Below, one piece after another: positions 44,549 to 55,951 of a DNA stretch of 64,000 nucleotides (positions are counted from its first letter, which is position 1; the number at the start of each line of letters is the position of its first letter). The notes under the pieces were generated by a model that saw only the letters and a program-made list of their open reading frames with translations, was not told where the DNA came from and did no database searches. The stretch covers positions 45,186 through 109,185 of the forward strand of contig BLSG01000081.1 of the NCBI GenBank assembly GCA_012862495.1, given 5' to 3'. The stretch is from Thraustochytrium aureum (lineage: Eukaryota). Both the position numbers and the translations under genes were made by a program.

Positions 44549-45419
44549 CCAGCGCCTTCTGGCGCCGGCCGCTGCGTTTCGGCCCTTTGGTCTGCCGATT
44601 GGCCACGGGATTCTTGCGGTTTGTGACGTCTTGGTCAGGCTGACNNNNNNNNNNNNNNNNNNNNNNNNNNNNNNNNNNNNNNNNNNNNNNNNNNNNNNNN
44701 NNNNNNNNNNNNNNNNNNNNNNNNNNNNNNNNNNNNNNNNNNNNNNNNNNNNNNNNNNNNNNNNNNNNNNNNNNNNNNNNNNNNNNNNNNNNNNNNNNNN
44801 NNNNNNNNNNNNNNNNNNNNNNNNNNNNNNNNNNNNNNNNNNNNNNNNNNNNNNNNNNNNNNNNNNNNNNNNNNNNNNNNNNNNNNNNNNNNNNNNNNNN
44901 NNNNNNNNNNNNNNNNNNNNNNNNNNNNNNNNNNNNNNNNNNNNNNNNNNNNNNNNNNNNNNNNNNNNNNNNNNNNNNNNNNNNNNNNNNNNNNNNNNNN
45001 NNNNNNNNNNNNNNNNNNNNNNNNNNNNNNNNNNNNNNNNNNNNNNNNNNNNNNNNNNNNNNNNNNNNNNNNNNNNNNNNNNNNNNNNNNNNNNNNNNNN
45101 NNNNNNNNNNNNNNNNNNNNNNNNNNNNNNNNNNNNNNNNNNNNNNNNNNNNNNNNNNNNNNNNNNNNNNNNNNNNNNNNNNNNNNNNNNNNNNNNNNNN
45201 NNNNNNNNNNNNNNNNNNNNNNNNNNNNNNNNNNNNNNNNNNNNNNNNNNNNNNNNNNNNNNNNNNNNNNNNNNNNNNNNNNNNNNNNNNNNNNNNNNNN
45301 NNNNNNNNNNNNNNNNNNNNNNNNNNNNNNNNNNNNNNNNNNNNNNNNNNNNNNNNNNNNNNNNNNNNNNNNNNNNNNNNNNNNNNNNNNNNNNNNNNNN
45401 NNNNNNNNNNNNNNNNNNN

Positions 45420-45530
45420 GCCAGCGGCGTGCCCTTGGTGGCGAATGAAACGCCTGCGCTGCTCTCGTCGCCGGTTCTCGTGGCACCGAGCATAACGCCA
45501 AAGACGTCGCCGCCCTCCAACACGGACTGA
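45420..45530 (-). CDS. Possible exon fragment, weakly SPRY-like
   Basis: LEGGDVFGVML...VSFATKGTPL resembles SPRY GDVIGV..LSF.KNG. Preceded by a possible acceptor (GTCAG). Runs into the gap. Confidence 0.2.
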
Positions 45531-45830
45531 CGGTACGCCAGCCGCGCCGCAGCACGAGGAGGTGCCTTTCTTTCGGGCAAGCAGGCTATCAGCAGAGTCT
45601 CTCTAACCCTTGCAAATGGTATCATTATCAGTCTACCAACACTCCTCGCCGTCGGCTGGTGCGCTGCACACGCACGAAAGTCGCGTCGCTAAAGCTCGTG
45701 CCTCATTTCCTGCGGTTGGCCCCACGACAGATTGCCCCGCACAGAACTCGCAGCCGCACCTTGCGCCCGCGACCCAAACTATGGCATACGCGGCAAGCGC
45801 CGCTCGGACGCCGCCGCCACACCGTTTACC

Positions 45831-46568
45831 TCAACGCTGCCCGCTTTGGTGCAAAGCTGGTGTCCGCGCCGGCGTCGTGCCTCCCGGGGTCGGCGCGGGC
45901 GTCAGCGCGCCCGGCGTGGCCCCTGCCCTGCCAGCCGCTACCTGCGGAGGTGGCCCGACCAGCGAGCCCGCAGCTGCACCAGACTTTGCAGTGCCATCGC
46001 TGGCGTCGGCAGCCCCGCCCTGATCGGCGGGCAGAAACTCGGTCACCAGGTCGCCGAGAATACCGTTGATCTCCTCCTCGCCTCGCCGCTCCAGGCGTTC
46101 GTCCCGACGCTTGCGCCTCGCCTCGTAGGCCAACCCTTCTGCGGACTGGCGCCACAGCTTCAGCGAGGGGTCGTCGCCTTCAAAGTGCCAGGTGAAGCCC
46201 TTCGAGGGCGCGTATCGCATCGCCGAGTTGAGGAGGTCGAAGGCCTGCTGCACATGCGTCGAGCTCTTCAGAAGCCGCGAGAGGATCAGCTTCTTCAACC
46301 CAGGCGCCGCGTAGACGATCCGGTCTAGGATGTAATACAGCGCCAGCTTGCGCGTGACCGTTTGCGAGACGCGCTGCTGCTTGACCACCGTGAACAGCAC
46401 GGGCTCGTGCCCGGTGTGCAGCAGCCGATACTCGACGCCTTTCATGGAGTTGAGGACCTCGAGGCCCAGCTTTTGCATCCTCACCAGCTCATTGTTCGAC
46501 TTGCGGTCGTAAAACGGGCTCAGCGCAAAGTAGTCGAGCGCATTGTTCGGGTGCAAGCCATACATCCT
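45831..46568 (-). CDS. MED6: Mediator of RNA polymerase II transcription subunit 6 (5' end in gap)
   Basis: NALDYFALSPFYDRKSNNE..RMQ, MKGVEY, EPVLFTVVKQQR, YYILD.IVYAAP.L..LILSRL. Confidence 0.92.
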   Translation of the reverse strand, partial: RMYGLHPNNALDYFALSPFYDRKSNNELVRMQKLGLEVLNSMKGVEYRLLHTGHEPVLFTVVKQQRVSQTVTRKLALYYILDRIVYAAPGLKKLILSRLLKSSTHVQQAFDLLNSAMRYAPSKGFTWHFEGDDPSLKLWRQSAEGLAYEARRKRRDERLERRGEEEINGILGDLVTEFLPADQGGAADASDGTAKSGAAAGSLVGPPPQVAAGRAGATPGALTPAPTPGGTTPARTPALHQSGQR

Positions 46569-47085
46569 NNNNNNNNNNNNNNNNNNNNNNNNNNNNNNNN
46601 NNNNNNNNNNNNNNNNNNNNNNNNNNNNNNNNNNNNNNNNNNNNNNNNNNNNNNNNNNNNNNNNNNNNNNNNNNNNNNNNNNNNNNNNNNNNNNNNNNNN
46701 NNNNNNNNNNNNNNNNNNNNNNNNNNNNNNNNNNNNNNNNNNNNNNNNNNNNNNNNNNNNNNNNNNNNNNNNNNNNNNNNNNNNNNNNNNNNNNNNNNNN
46801 NNNNNNNNNNNNNNNNNNNNNNNNNNNNNNNNNNNNNNNNNNNNNNNNNNNNNNNNNNNNNNNNNNNNNNNNNNNNNNNNNNNNNNNNNNNNNNNNNNNN
46901 NNNNNNNNNNNNNNNNNNNNNNNNNNNNNNNNNNNNNNNNNNNNNNNNNNNNNNNNNNNNNNNNNNNNNNNNNNNNNNNNNNNNNNNNNNNNNNNNNNNN
47001 NNNNNNNNNNNNNNNNNNNNNNNNNNNNNNNNNNNNNNNNNNNNNNNNNNNNNNNNNNNNNNNNNNNNNNNNNNNNNNNNNNNNA

Positions 47086-48481
47086 GCCGAGCCTCTGGGC
47101 CCGAGCCTGCTCCTACGCGCACACGCACGGCAGGTACGCCATGCTGCTGCTGTGGCCGCATCCGCTGGCCTTTGACCACGGGATGAACGCGGTACAAATA
47201 CAGCACTCGCCCACTTTGCTGGCCGTCGCCATGTACCTACTCGTCGGCTGCACGGGGCTGGCGGCGATGGCGCGCAACGAGCGCGGCGCGCTGCACGCCC
47301 TGACGCTTGCGCTCATCGCCTTCACGCCGGCAGCCAACGTGCTGTTCCCTGTTGGCACGGTTCTTGCCGAGCGCCTTTTGTACGTTCCGTCAGTTGGGTT
47401 TTGCCTTTTGGTGGGTGCGGTGGTCGAGCGCGCGGCCGTTGGACGGCCCCGCTTTGCCCGGTACCTTCTCGGTGCTGTTGCTCTTGCAGTGAGCGTCCTG
47501 TGCTGGCAGACTGTGCGGAACACGCCCGCGTGGCACGACCACGTCTCTTTGTACGAGCATGGCCTGGCTGCCGAGCCAGAGAGCCTCACAGCACTCAACA
47601 ATGTCGGCTTCATGTGCATGCGCAACGGTTCAGAGCCCCAACTGCGAAGAGCAGTTGTTGTCTTAGAGCGCGCCATACAGATCCATCCTGGCTTCAAGTC
47701 CGCGCTTCATAACCTCGGCATCGTGCACCGAAAGCTCGGCAACCACACGGCGGCTGCCGCGATCCTATCGCGTGCTCTGGAGTTAGGCCCGGACTGCGAT
47801 ATCGAGGCCCTCCTGGGGGACGAGCTAGCGCGCAGTATCGCCACGCTCGAGGCAACGAACGAGGCCGCCAAGGCGCAGCTCGTGCGGGACGCAAAGCGCC
47901 ACCTCGAGGCCGCCACGCAGGCCTGCACGATTCCGTACGCGCTCCGCACGCTGGCGAGCCTCGTCATCCTTGAATCCGGCGCACCGAGCGCAGCGGAAGA
48001 GCTGCTCTATCGCGCGATTGAAGCCAATAAACTCGCAAGCACAAGCCCGTTCAACCGCGTCTTGGACGCGGACGTCCACCACGACATCGGCAGGGTGCGG
48101 TGGAGTACGGGCAACATTTTGGAGGCCACTCGAGCGTTTGAAGACGCCGTTCGTGCAGGCGGCGACGTGAGCGTAAAATCCAGCGCAGCGGATGGGTGGG
48201 TCAAGCTGCACGAGATGCACGGTGCGGCGGTTCGCTTCACCTTTGATGACGGGACTTCGCAGGGGGCTCTTGAGCGGGCGGAGAGTCTCTTGCGCCAGGC
48301 CGTGCAGTCAAAGCCAGACATGGGCGAGCTCAAGGTCAATCTTGGCCTCGTGCTGGAATTGCAGGGCCGTTTACAACTCGCTGAGGCGCACTACCTGGAA
48401 GCACAGCGAATACTTGGGGATCATCCTCAGATTTTGAAAAACTTGCGCAACGTACGGCGTGCGCTCGCGGGACAAAGTTGA
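47086..48481 (+). CDS. TMTC-family protein O-mannosyltransferase (DUF1736 plus TPRs); 5' partial
   Basis: LLLWPHPLAFDH, FTPAANVLFPVGTVLAERLLYVPSVGFC, RNTPAW...SLY, followed by TPR repeats. Confidence 0.9.
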
Positions 48482-48564
48482 CACGTTGAGGGCGCCCGAA
48501 TGTGCTGCGGGAAGATAGATGGATGCGCACCTACCGGTACGGTAGTGTCTACTCACTCCACAAC

Positions 48565-48648
48565 CTACGAGCAGAGATGATTTGGAGTTGGGTTCGGTTT
48601 TGCTTGCTACGAGCAGAGATGATTTGGATTTGGGTTCGGTTTTGCTTG
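48565..48648. repeat. 42-bp tandem duplication
   Basis: ctacgagcagagatgatttgga[g/t]ttgggttcggttttgcttg x2, with one mismatch. Confidence 0.9.
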
Positions 48649-48669
48649 CTGGTGGTGGCTCGAGGGTTG

Positions 48670-50919
48670 TCACTCGGACGGGGCCTGCTGGCCTCTCCTA
48701 GCTCGTTTTCGCGCCGGTTTTGCCCGATCGGCCTGCACACTCCGAGCTGAAGGTGTGCTTGGCGCGTTGCCGCCACTGCTCCCTTTCGACGCAGCGGCTC
48801 GCTGCTTGCTCTTGGCCTTAGGTTTCGACTTGGATGGAGCAGCGGCGCTTCCCCTCGCGCGTTTTGGCGGCGCGGCAGACTCGGCTCTAGCTTCGTTCAC
48901 TGCAATGACCGGCGGGGGCGGGGCTACCCAGCCTTCGACGTCTAGCCCGCCCTGGTCCTCGACCTCGCGGAAGAACGGCGTCACAAGAGCATCGTTCAGC
49001 ATCAGGACCTCGCTTGCAGCAAACACTTGCGAGCGGGAGGTAAACCCATACTTGTACTGTGACGCCTCGTTTTCCGTTGTGAAAGGGCGAAAGAAAAACC
49101 TTGGCTGGGGGTTGGCTTCCAAGCGGTCTGTGCGGATGGTTGCAGCGGTGGCCGCAATACTGTGCAGCGCCGTAAACGTATCCAGAAACTTGGGCGGGAC
49201 CGCAAGGGTCTCTCGCGCTCGCGTCAGGGCCACGTACCACAGGTTGACATCGTCCCCAAACCCATTAAAACCAAACCGGGCCACGGAGGCCGTGGCACCG
49301 CTCGCTCGCCAGGAGAACTGTTGGGGCTGGGCGATTTCAAAGACGGCGAGGTCGCTAAAGTCGTCGCGGACCTCGACGGTGGCCCACTCCATGCCTTTCG
49401 CCGCATGGACAGTGCTGAGAATGATGTCAGCTTGATCCGTGGGAACTTGGCGCTCCAGGACGTTCGCCTTGAAGGTCTCGAGCACATGCAAGGTATTTTC
49501 TTTGTAGCGCTCGATCAAGCCAAGGTGGACAGCGAAATTATTCATTTCCCGGTCCGCAATGACGCGCTTCAGCTCATCGTAGGTGTTGATGTCGTCGTTT
49601 TCAAGACCTGGCAGCCCAAGCTTGCCCTCCACTCCCTCGCGCACGAACAGCTTGTAGAAGACTTTGATCTGTTTCAGCACCGAGAGCCACTTTCCACGGC
49701 CCGAGTTGGGCCCGCGCCCGTTGATCGCAAACGACGGGTGGCGTCTCCTTCGACCTCGTGGAGTAGGTTGATGGCAGCCATCAGGAGCTCGGCATTCGTG
49801 CGCGCGAGAATGGTGCGCTTAGTCAGCCTGTCGAGGGCGCTGGCGGCAACCACTCGGCCAGGCTCGCTCGCGCCCCCGACAACGCGATACGGCTTCCAGT
49901 CGACCTGGGCGCTGTGCTCTTTTGCGAACAAGATGGCGTTCGCGGCCATGGCGATGCGCGGGCCGAATCGGAAGCTAACCGTGAGCTCGTGGTCGACGCA
50001 GTCCTTGAGGTCCATGAGGAACTTTGACTTGGCCCCGCGAAAGGCGTAGATGGTTTGGACCGCGTCGCCGACAAAGGCGACGAGGCGGCCTGGGCGGTGT
50101 GCGCTGGCCCAGTCAATCTGACAAGCTGTGCAATCCTGGCTTTCGTCGACGAGGAGCGCAGAACAGTTTACGAAACGGCGCTCGAGCTGGCACTGCTTCA
50201 TGACAGTGTCGTACGTAACTTTGCCAGATCTACCGCCCGGCCTGAGCATCTCGTACAGCCGCCGCGCGTGCGAAACGTAAAAGTCGCCACAGTCGCTTTT
50301 CAGAAAGGAGAGCCCCTTGTCGTCTTTGGCGCCCTTGTGCCACAGTTGCGCGACGTAGTACGTGGCAAACCGGTTGCTCGCGCTCAGCCCGTCCTCGAGC
50401 GAGTCTTTGCTCTGCAGGAAGCGGTCGAGCGTCTTCCTGATAAAGTAGCCGATTCGCCGCTTCAAGCTGTTCTCCGTGTACCCGCCGCTGATCTTGGCCG
50501 TGGGCGACACGAGGAGGTCCTCAAAGTCCTCCTCGAACTCGTTCAAGATGATGTCGTCGACTTGCTCCTCGCCGATCACAGTCAACCCGGACTCGGTGAC
50601 CCCCATGCACTCGAACGCCGCAGAATGGATCGTCTTGCAGGTGGCGAACTGGCCCAGCCGCTTCGAGGCGTCCAGGGCGGCCTCCTTGTTGAAGGTCAGA
50701 TAAACGACTCGGGTGTGGCCGCGCTCCCCCAGCTTTGCCGCAAACGCCTGCAGCGTGGTGGTCTTGCCCGTGCCAGCGGCAGCGGTAACGCGGATGATCC
50801 GGCCAGCTACCCGGGGGGCTCTGGCGCCCTGGCCTGGCCCAGAACCGCCGCTTGCTCCGGCGTCAGTGCCACGGCCATCTCGGTGCGCGATGATGTCTCC
50901 TTGAAGCTGCCCAGCGCGC
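48670..50919 (-). CDS. UvrD/SF1 DNA helicase, FBH1-like; frameshifts at about 49736-49738 and 50813-50818; 5' end at ATG 50878 or in gap
   Basis: Q-motif LTPEQ. Walker A AAAGTGKTT. YLTFNK. KTIHS. LLVDESQD. VGDAVQTIYAFRGA. LTVSFRFG. LARTNA. LSTVHAAKGMEW. NLWYVALTRAR. Confidence 0.9.
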
Positions 50920-51529
50920 NNNNNNNNNNNNNNNNNNNNNNNNNNNNNNNNNNNNNNNNNNNNNNNNNNNNNNNNNNNNNNNNNNNNNNNNNNNNNNNNN
51001 NNNNNNNNNNNNNNNNNNNNNNNNNNNNNNNNNNNNNNNNNNNNNNNNNNNNNNNNNNNNNNNNNNNNNNNNNNNNNNNNNNNNNNNNNNNNNNNNNNNN
51101 NNNNNNNNNNNNNNNNNNNNNNNNNNNNNNNNNNNNNNNNNNNNNNNNNNNNNNNNNNNNNNNNNNNNNNNNNNNNNNNNNNNNNNNCGCTCGAAGGTAG
51201 CGTGCGCAGCGAGACTGCTGGAATTTGGAGTAGCTAGCTCTAGAGGGCGTCCCTTGGCAGCACGGCGCGACCTACGTGCTCAAAAGCGAGCAACTAGTCG
51301 TTGCGGAGTCAGCGATTTCCGCCACAGCTGGCAGTCCTCGCCTTGCGTGCGGTGGCCACTCGGCAGACGGCCGACCTGGAGGCGCCGCTCATGTCCAATG
51401 AAAAGTAGAGTACAAAAGGCCAACGTGGGTTACCAGGGAGTATGGACTATTGGGCTGGCGAACTCTATAGAGTTCGTAGAGGCTGTGGCCGTCTCCCTTT
51501 TCTAAGATTTCCAAGCCGGCTGCGGCCGT

Positions 51530-53275
51530 CTACTTGTCAGGTTTGCTACCGTCCTCGCGCTGGCCAGAGAGCGTGCCGAGCAAGCCCATCAACGACGGGC
51601 GCGTCGCACCCTTTGCCTTGGTGACCTCGCCAAACTGCTCGCGCATCTGCTCTGGCGTCCAGGACTCGTACGGGAGGCCCTCCTCCTGCAATACCTGGAC
51701 CGCCATGGGCCCCCACCAGTCAGAGCAGCGCACGGGGTGCATAAGCGACATCCCGACGCCCCGAAGTCGGATGGACAAGAACTGGGCCATGGTCAGGTTT
51801 GAAGCCGCCTCGTACCAGGGGTCACGGGCGTAAAGGTCGTCCATAAACTGCTGCACGTTTTTGCCCTTGAGGAGGTCCCGGCCGAACGTGTCAAGCCCGA
51901 AGCGGACCAGGTCCCAGATCACATCCTTGTCGAAATTCTTGGAGCGGTAGCCCGAGACGCGCACCATTTCCAACATCATCTCGCGGTCGTTCTTGTGGAT
52001 GGCTGCGTATAGCAGGCAGGCCGCGAGGCGCTCGCCGCGCGTCAAGACTTTGGTCGCCCCAAAGTCAATCAAGCCGATGCGGTCGTCGCCGTCCAGCAGC
52101 ATAAAGTTGCCCGCGTGAGGATCGGCGTTGAACGCGCCGAGGCGCAAAAGCTGGTACCCATGCACGCGCATGAGGCAGTCCATGACGCGCGGAGAGTTTG
52201 GCGGCAGCGCCGTCCGTGCATACTCGATTGGGGAGGCCCCGAACGGCCACGAAACTGCGTTGGCCAGCATGATTCCCGTGTTGACGACCCCGTCGCGAAA
52301 GCGCGCGAGCCGCAGGTAAGCCGAGAGCTGCCATCCGCTCGGACCCTCGTAGCGCTCGGGCATACCCTCGCGCAGAATCCGCTCCTTGAGTTGGGCCTCG
52401 AGCTCCTCGAGCGTGCGGCCCTCGCCCTCCGCGACGATGCGGCCATACTCGCGAATTCCATCCAGCAGTTTGCCGCCCTTGAGCAAGTCCATCACCAGCA
52501 TTCGGCTGGTGGCCATGATCGGCCGCGGGACCACGACCTCGTCCGCAAAGTCGCTCAGGTTGTCGCAGAAAAAGCGCAGGTTGTCTGCCTCGGTCTTGTA
52601 GTCGAACTCGCGCTCGAAGGACCGCTCGAGCTCGTCCATGATGATGACTTGCTCTGGCGCGAAAAGCTCCATAAAGTTGCGAATCGTGCGCATGTCCTCC
52701 CGGAACAGCTCGCGGCTTGTCGGGTGCTGCACCTTGACCGCGACTTCGCGGCCGTCCGCGCGAAGCCGCGCGCGGTGCACTTGGCCGATGCTCGCGCTGC
52801 CGAGGGGGGTCTCGTCGATGAAGCTGAACGTCTCCTCGACGGGCTTGCCCGTCTCCTCGAGGATGGTTTGCATCACGACCTCTATTGGCTGCGGCGGCAC
52901 GTTGTCTTCGAGCTCGCGCAGCTTTTCCGTCCATTCTTTGCTGAGCGTGTTGGACATCCCTGCCCCGATCTGGCCGTACTTGGTGTACATGCCGCGCAGG
53001 TCCTTGAGCACGGCAACTACTTGGCCACTGTACCGCCTGTCAAGGGAGAGCCACTCGTCCGAGTCGTCTTGGCCGCTCGAGGACAACCATGAGGCCGGCA
53101 GGAGCGTGCGCTTGGCCTGCACGAGCCTGTAGTGCAGCACCACCGGGCCGATCTCGCTGTACAGCCTGACAGCGCGTCGAAACCCTTCGTCGTGCTCGTA
53201 CCTGTACGCCGCGAGCGCTCCGAGCCCCGCGCTGCCAGCGACGCCGACAGCCGCAGTCCTGCGAATCGCCCACAT
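51530..53275 (-). CDS. ABC1/UbiB (ADCK-type) atypical protein kinase
   Basis: GMYTKYGQ, PLGSASIGQVHRA, VAVKVQHP, EFDYKTEADN, LVMD, FNADPHAGN, LIDFGA. Confidence 0.93.
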   Translation of the reverse strand: MWAIRRTAAVGVAGSAGLGALAAYRYEHDEGFRRAVRLYSEIGPVVLHYRLVQAKRTLLPASWLSSSGQDDSDEWLSLDRRYSGQVVAVLKDLRGMYTKYGQIGAGMSNTLSKEWTEKLRELEDNVPPQPIEVVMQTILEETGKPVEETFSFIDETPLGSASIGQVHRARLRADGREVAVKVQHPTSRELFREDMRTIRNFMELFAPEQVIIMDELERSFEREFDYKTEADNLRFFCDNLSDFADEVVVPRPIMATSRMLVMDLLKGGKLLDGIREYGRIVAEGEGRTLEELEAQLKERILREGMPERYEGPSGWQLSAYLRLARFRDGVVNTGIMLANAVSWPFGASPIEYARTALPPNSPRVMDCLMRVHGYQLLRLGAFNADPHAGNFMLLDGDDRIGLIDFGATKVLTRGERLAACLLYAAIHKNDREMMLEMVRVSGYRSKNFDKDVIWDLVRFGLDTFGRDLLKGKNVQQFMDDLYARDPWYEAASNLTMAQFLSIRLRGVGMSLMHPVRCSDWWGPMAVQVLQEEGLPYESWTPEQMREQFGEVTKAKGATRPSLMGLLGTLSGQREDGSKPDK

Positions 53276-53880
53276 GTGCCCGAAACCTGCCACCGCCGTT
53301 CACGCGAGGCTGATCACGCCGCAACCAGCCTGCCTCAACCAGCCAGCCGTGCGGCCGGGGCCTTTCGCGCTCGCTTGGCCTTTGCCCTTCTGCTCGCCGG
53401 TGGCCTTTCTGCTTGGCACTGGCCCTGGCGTGCGCGCGACGGCGGTCGGTGACTCGGGGTTGTCGGTGGTCTGTCGCTCGTCAGTCGACACACTGCACGT
53501 CGAGTTGGCGGAGGCGAGTGCGGGGACTTGTTCCGCAGGGGCGCTCGCGGGCGGCTCGGCTGGCGCGCGCGTGGCATGGAGCATCTCTGTCCACTCTAGC
53601 TAGAGACAGAACATTGTCTGGAGCGGGCCGGGCGTTTGGTAATCAGCACGACCTACGGTTTAGTTTGGTGTTGCAAGAAACGAAGGATGTTGGTCATGTC
53701 TTGCTTGGAGGGCTTGTATGCTGGATGTGCCAACGGCGCCCGCTGGAGGTGTTTGCAATGACTTTTTTAAAAGATGGGACTTTGCTGGAGTCCCGCGGGC
53801 CGTCTTGCCCTGGGTTGGTGAGCGGCTTGCGGACGGGCGCCGCCCAAGGCCCCTTGCGGTCCTCGGACAGGACAAAGCGC

Positions 53881-54666
53881 CTAATAGCCCCGGCAGCCGA
53901 CAAACCTTTGCAAGAGGTCCTCGCTAAACAGCTGCGGGTCCTCCTCGGGCGTCATACCTGGGTAGCTGTCTTTCGTTTGGACGCCGTCCAGCTTGGTCTT
54001 CTCACGGCGATCGCGCTCTTCGCGAAACCGTCTGAGCGCGTCCCGGCGCTCGCGACTGCGAAGCTTGCGGCGCTCAAACTCGAGAGCAAACACGGCCTGC
54101 GCTGCGCGCTCCTCTGCCAAGAGCCGCGAAAGCTCCTCCTGCCGCTGGTGCTGTTTGACCGCCAAGAAGGTTCTACCGCGGCGGAGGACGCTTCCTAACT
54201 CCTCGGCACGAGATCGCGCTGCTTCTTGCCGCGCTTGCTCTTCGCGCTGCGCTTCTTGCGCAGCCAGCTCCCTTTCGCGGTGCCTGCGCTCGCGCCCCTC
54301 TTTCAGCCGCTGTACGGAGAGTTGACGAACCTGCATCGACTTGCGCGCTTGCCAAGCTTCCAGCGAGCCGACTCCATGACCTCCCGCATCCCTTTCCGCG
54401 AGGTTCTTCTCGTCCGAGCCGGCAACAGCGCAGTCGTGGCAGGCCACGGGACTTGACGGTCCGTCATCATCATCAAACACGCTGTCTCCTCCAAGAATCC
54501 CAAGCGCCACCCCACCGGTCCCAGCCGCGGCCGCCACGCCCCTCCTCGCCCTCCCTTTCCCACGATCCGCTCCACGTCCCGTCTTCCTCGCCGCACCTTT
54601 CCCGCGCCTCCCGCGGCGATCCACGTCCGCTTCGGCGCGACCAGGCGCACCTCCAGCATGTCGCAT
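53881..54666 (-). CDS. Hypothetical coiled-coil protein (may extend to 53694 via a frameshift)
   Basis: E/R/Q-rich helical ORF. An alternative frame continues LSAAGAIRRFVLSED... Confidence 0.45.
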   Translation of the reverse strand: MRHAGGAPGRAEADVDRRGRRGKGAARKTGRGADRGKGRARRGVAAAAGTGGVALGILGGDSVFDDDDGPSSPVACHDCAVAGSDEKNLAERDAGGHGVGSLEAWQARKSMQVRQLSVQRLKEGRERRHRERELAAQEAQREEQARQEAARSRAEELGSVLRRGRTFLAVKQHQRQEELSRLLAEERAAQAVFALEFERRKLRSRERRDALRRFREERDRREKTKLDGVQTKDSYPGMTPEEDPQLFSEDLLQRFVGCRGY

Positions 54667-55137
54667 CACGACCAGGCCATGGACGTAGGGAGATTGCCCA
54701 GCAGCGACCGCCCTGAAGCAATCAAATCACGCGCAGTAAAACGACCACGTGCACTAACCGCCGCAGTCAGGCCTCCCTTCAGGCAAGCAGGCCTTCAGGC
54801 AGGAGAGCGGCCTCGACAGCCATCAACCCCGCGCGAACACCACAAGCGCCACCACCTCCTCGAGCCCCTGGACCTGCAACGGATCTACCGGATTTAAAGA
54901 ATACCAAATGTTCACGATCATTCTTTTGTTCTCTACAGGATTCTGCGTGTTCATGAGCGAGCATTCATACTGTTCTTCGTTTGTATGTTCCTGGTGTTCC
55001 TCTCGTTCATGAGCAGTTCATGAGCACGTTCCTTGTTCTGGGCGTTCGTGATACGCGATGTTCTTTGTGTTCATGGTCATTTGGTTATTGATTTCTTTCA
55101 AGATCAAGATTGATGTGCGTGAGCGGAGCAGAGCCTG

Positions 55138-55905
55138 ATGAGGATGGCGAAGCGACGGCGCGAGGATGGCGGCGGCCGTCCCGGAGACGCCGAGCGCGAG
55201 GCCCGCGCGCGGCGCAAGCGCGAGGAGGAGCTCTTGCTCAAGTCCACGGACGCGGTCGAGCTCACGGCTGCGATTTTGGCCCTGGAGGAAGAGCTCGCGG
55301 GCAAGGGCGGCCCTGACGCCGCCCGCGACGAGGCGGACGAGGTCGCGAGACGGCGGAAACGGCTTGGAGTGCTCAAGGCCAGAAAGGCGATGCTGCTGGA
55401 GAAGGAGGCGCGGAGGGCCAAGACGAGGGAGGAGTACGACAAGGGAGCTATGGCGCACCAGCGGGTGGCCGCGGCGCACGCTGACGCAGCGGCGCCGCCT
55501 GGTGCAGAGTATGTAATGTTTGAGGGGCGCAAGGTGCTCGTTGGCGGGTCAGGGAGCGTGCCGCTTCCCACCCCGGAGACGCTTCGGGCGCCGTCGCCGC
55601 CGCCGTGGCCGCCAATGCCGCGCCGCAGGCTCCCCCCCCCACCGAGACCAGCTGCCAGCGGAAAGGCACCTCCACCTCTGTGGAAGGTTCCCCGCCCACC
55701 GCGGCCACGCGGGCCTCCTCCTCGCGGCCACCGGCAGCAAGACCTCGGACCCTCTGGCAGACCTGCATCGGTTCCTGCGGCGGAACCGCCTGTCCAAGCA
55801 GAGCCAGCGCGCAGTCAGGCGCCTGCGCCGGCGACGCAGTTTCCGGCGACCGTAGACATGCGCAAGCTGCAGGCGCAGCTTCGGGGGAATGGCGGCGCGC
55901 AGTAA
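55138..55905 (+). CDS. Coiled-coil plus Pro-rich protein, weakly WBP11-like
   Basis: Basic/helical N-terminus and PPPWPP/PPRP-rich C-terminus. Family assignment tentative. Confidence 0.5.
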   Translation: MRMAKRRREDGGGRPGDAEREARARRKREEELLLKSTDAVELTAAILALEEELAGKGGPDAARDEADEVARRRKRLGVLKARKAMLLEKEARRAKTREEYDKGAMAHQRVAAAHADAAAPPGAEYVMFEGRKVLVGGSGSVPLPTPETLRAPSPPPWPPMPRRRLPPPPRPAASGKAPPPLWKVPRPPRPRGPPPRGHRQQDLGPSGRPASVPAAEPPVQAEPARSQAPAPATQFPATVDMRKLQAQLRGNGGAQ

Positions 55906-55951
55906 CATTTTAAAAACAAAGTGAGTCAGTGGGTAGGTGGAACAATTCATT

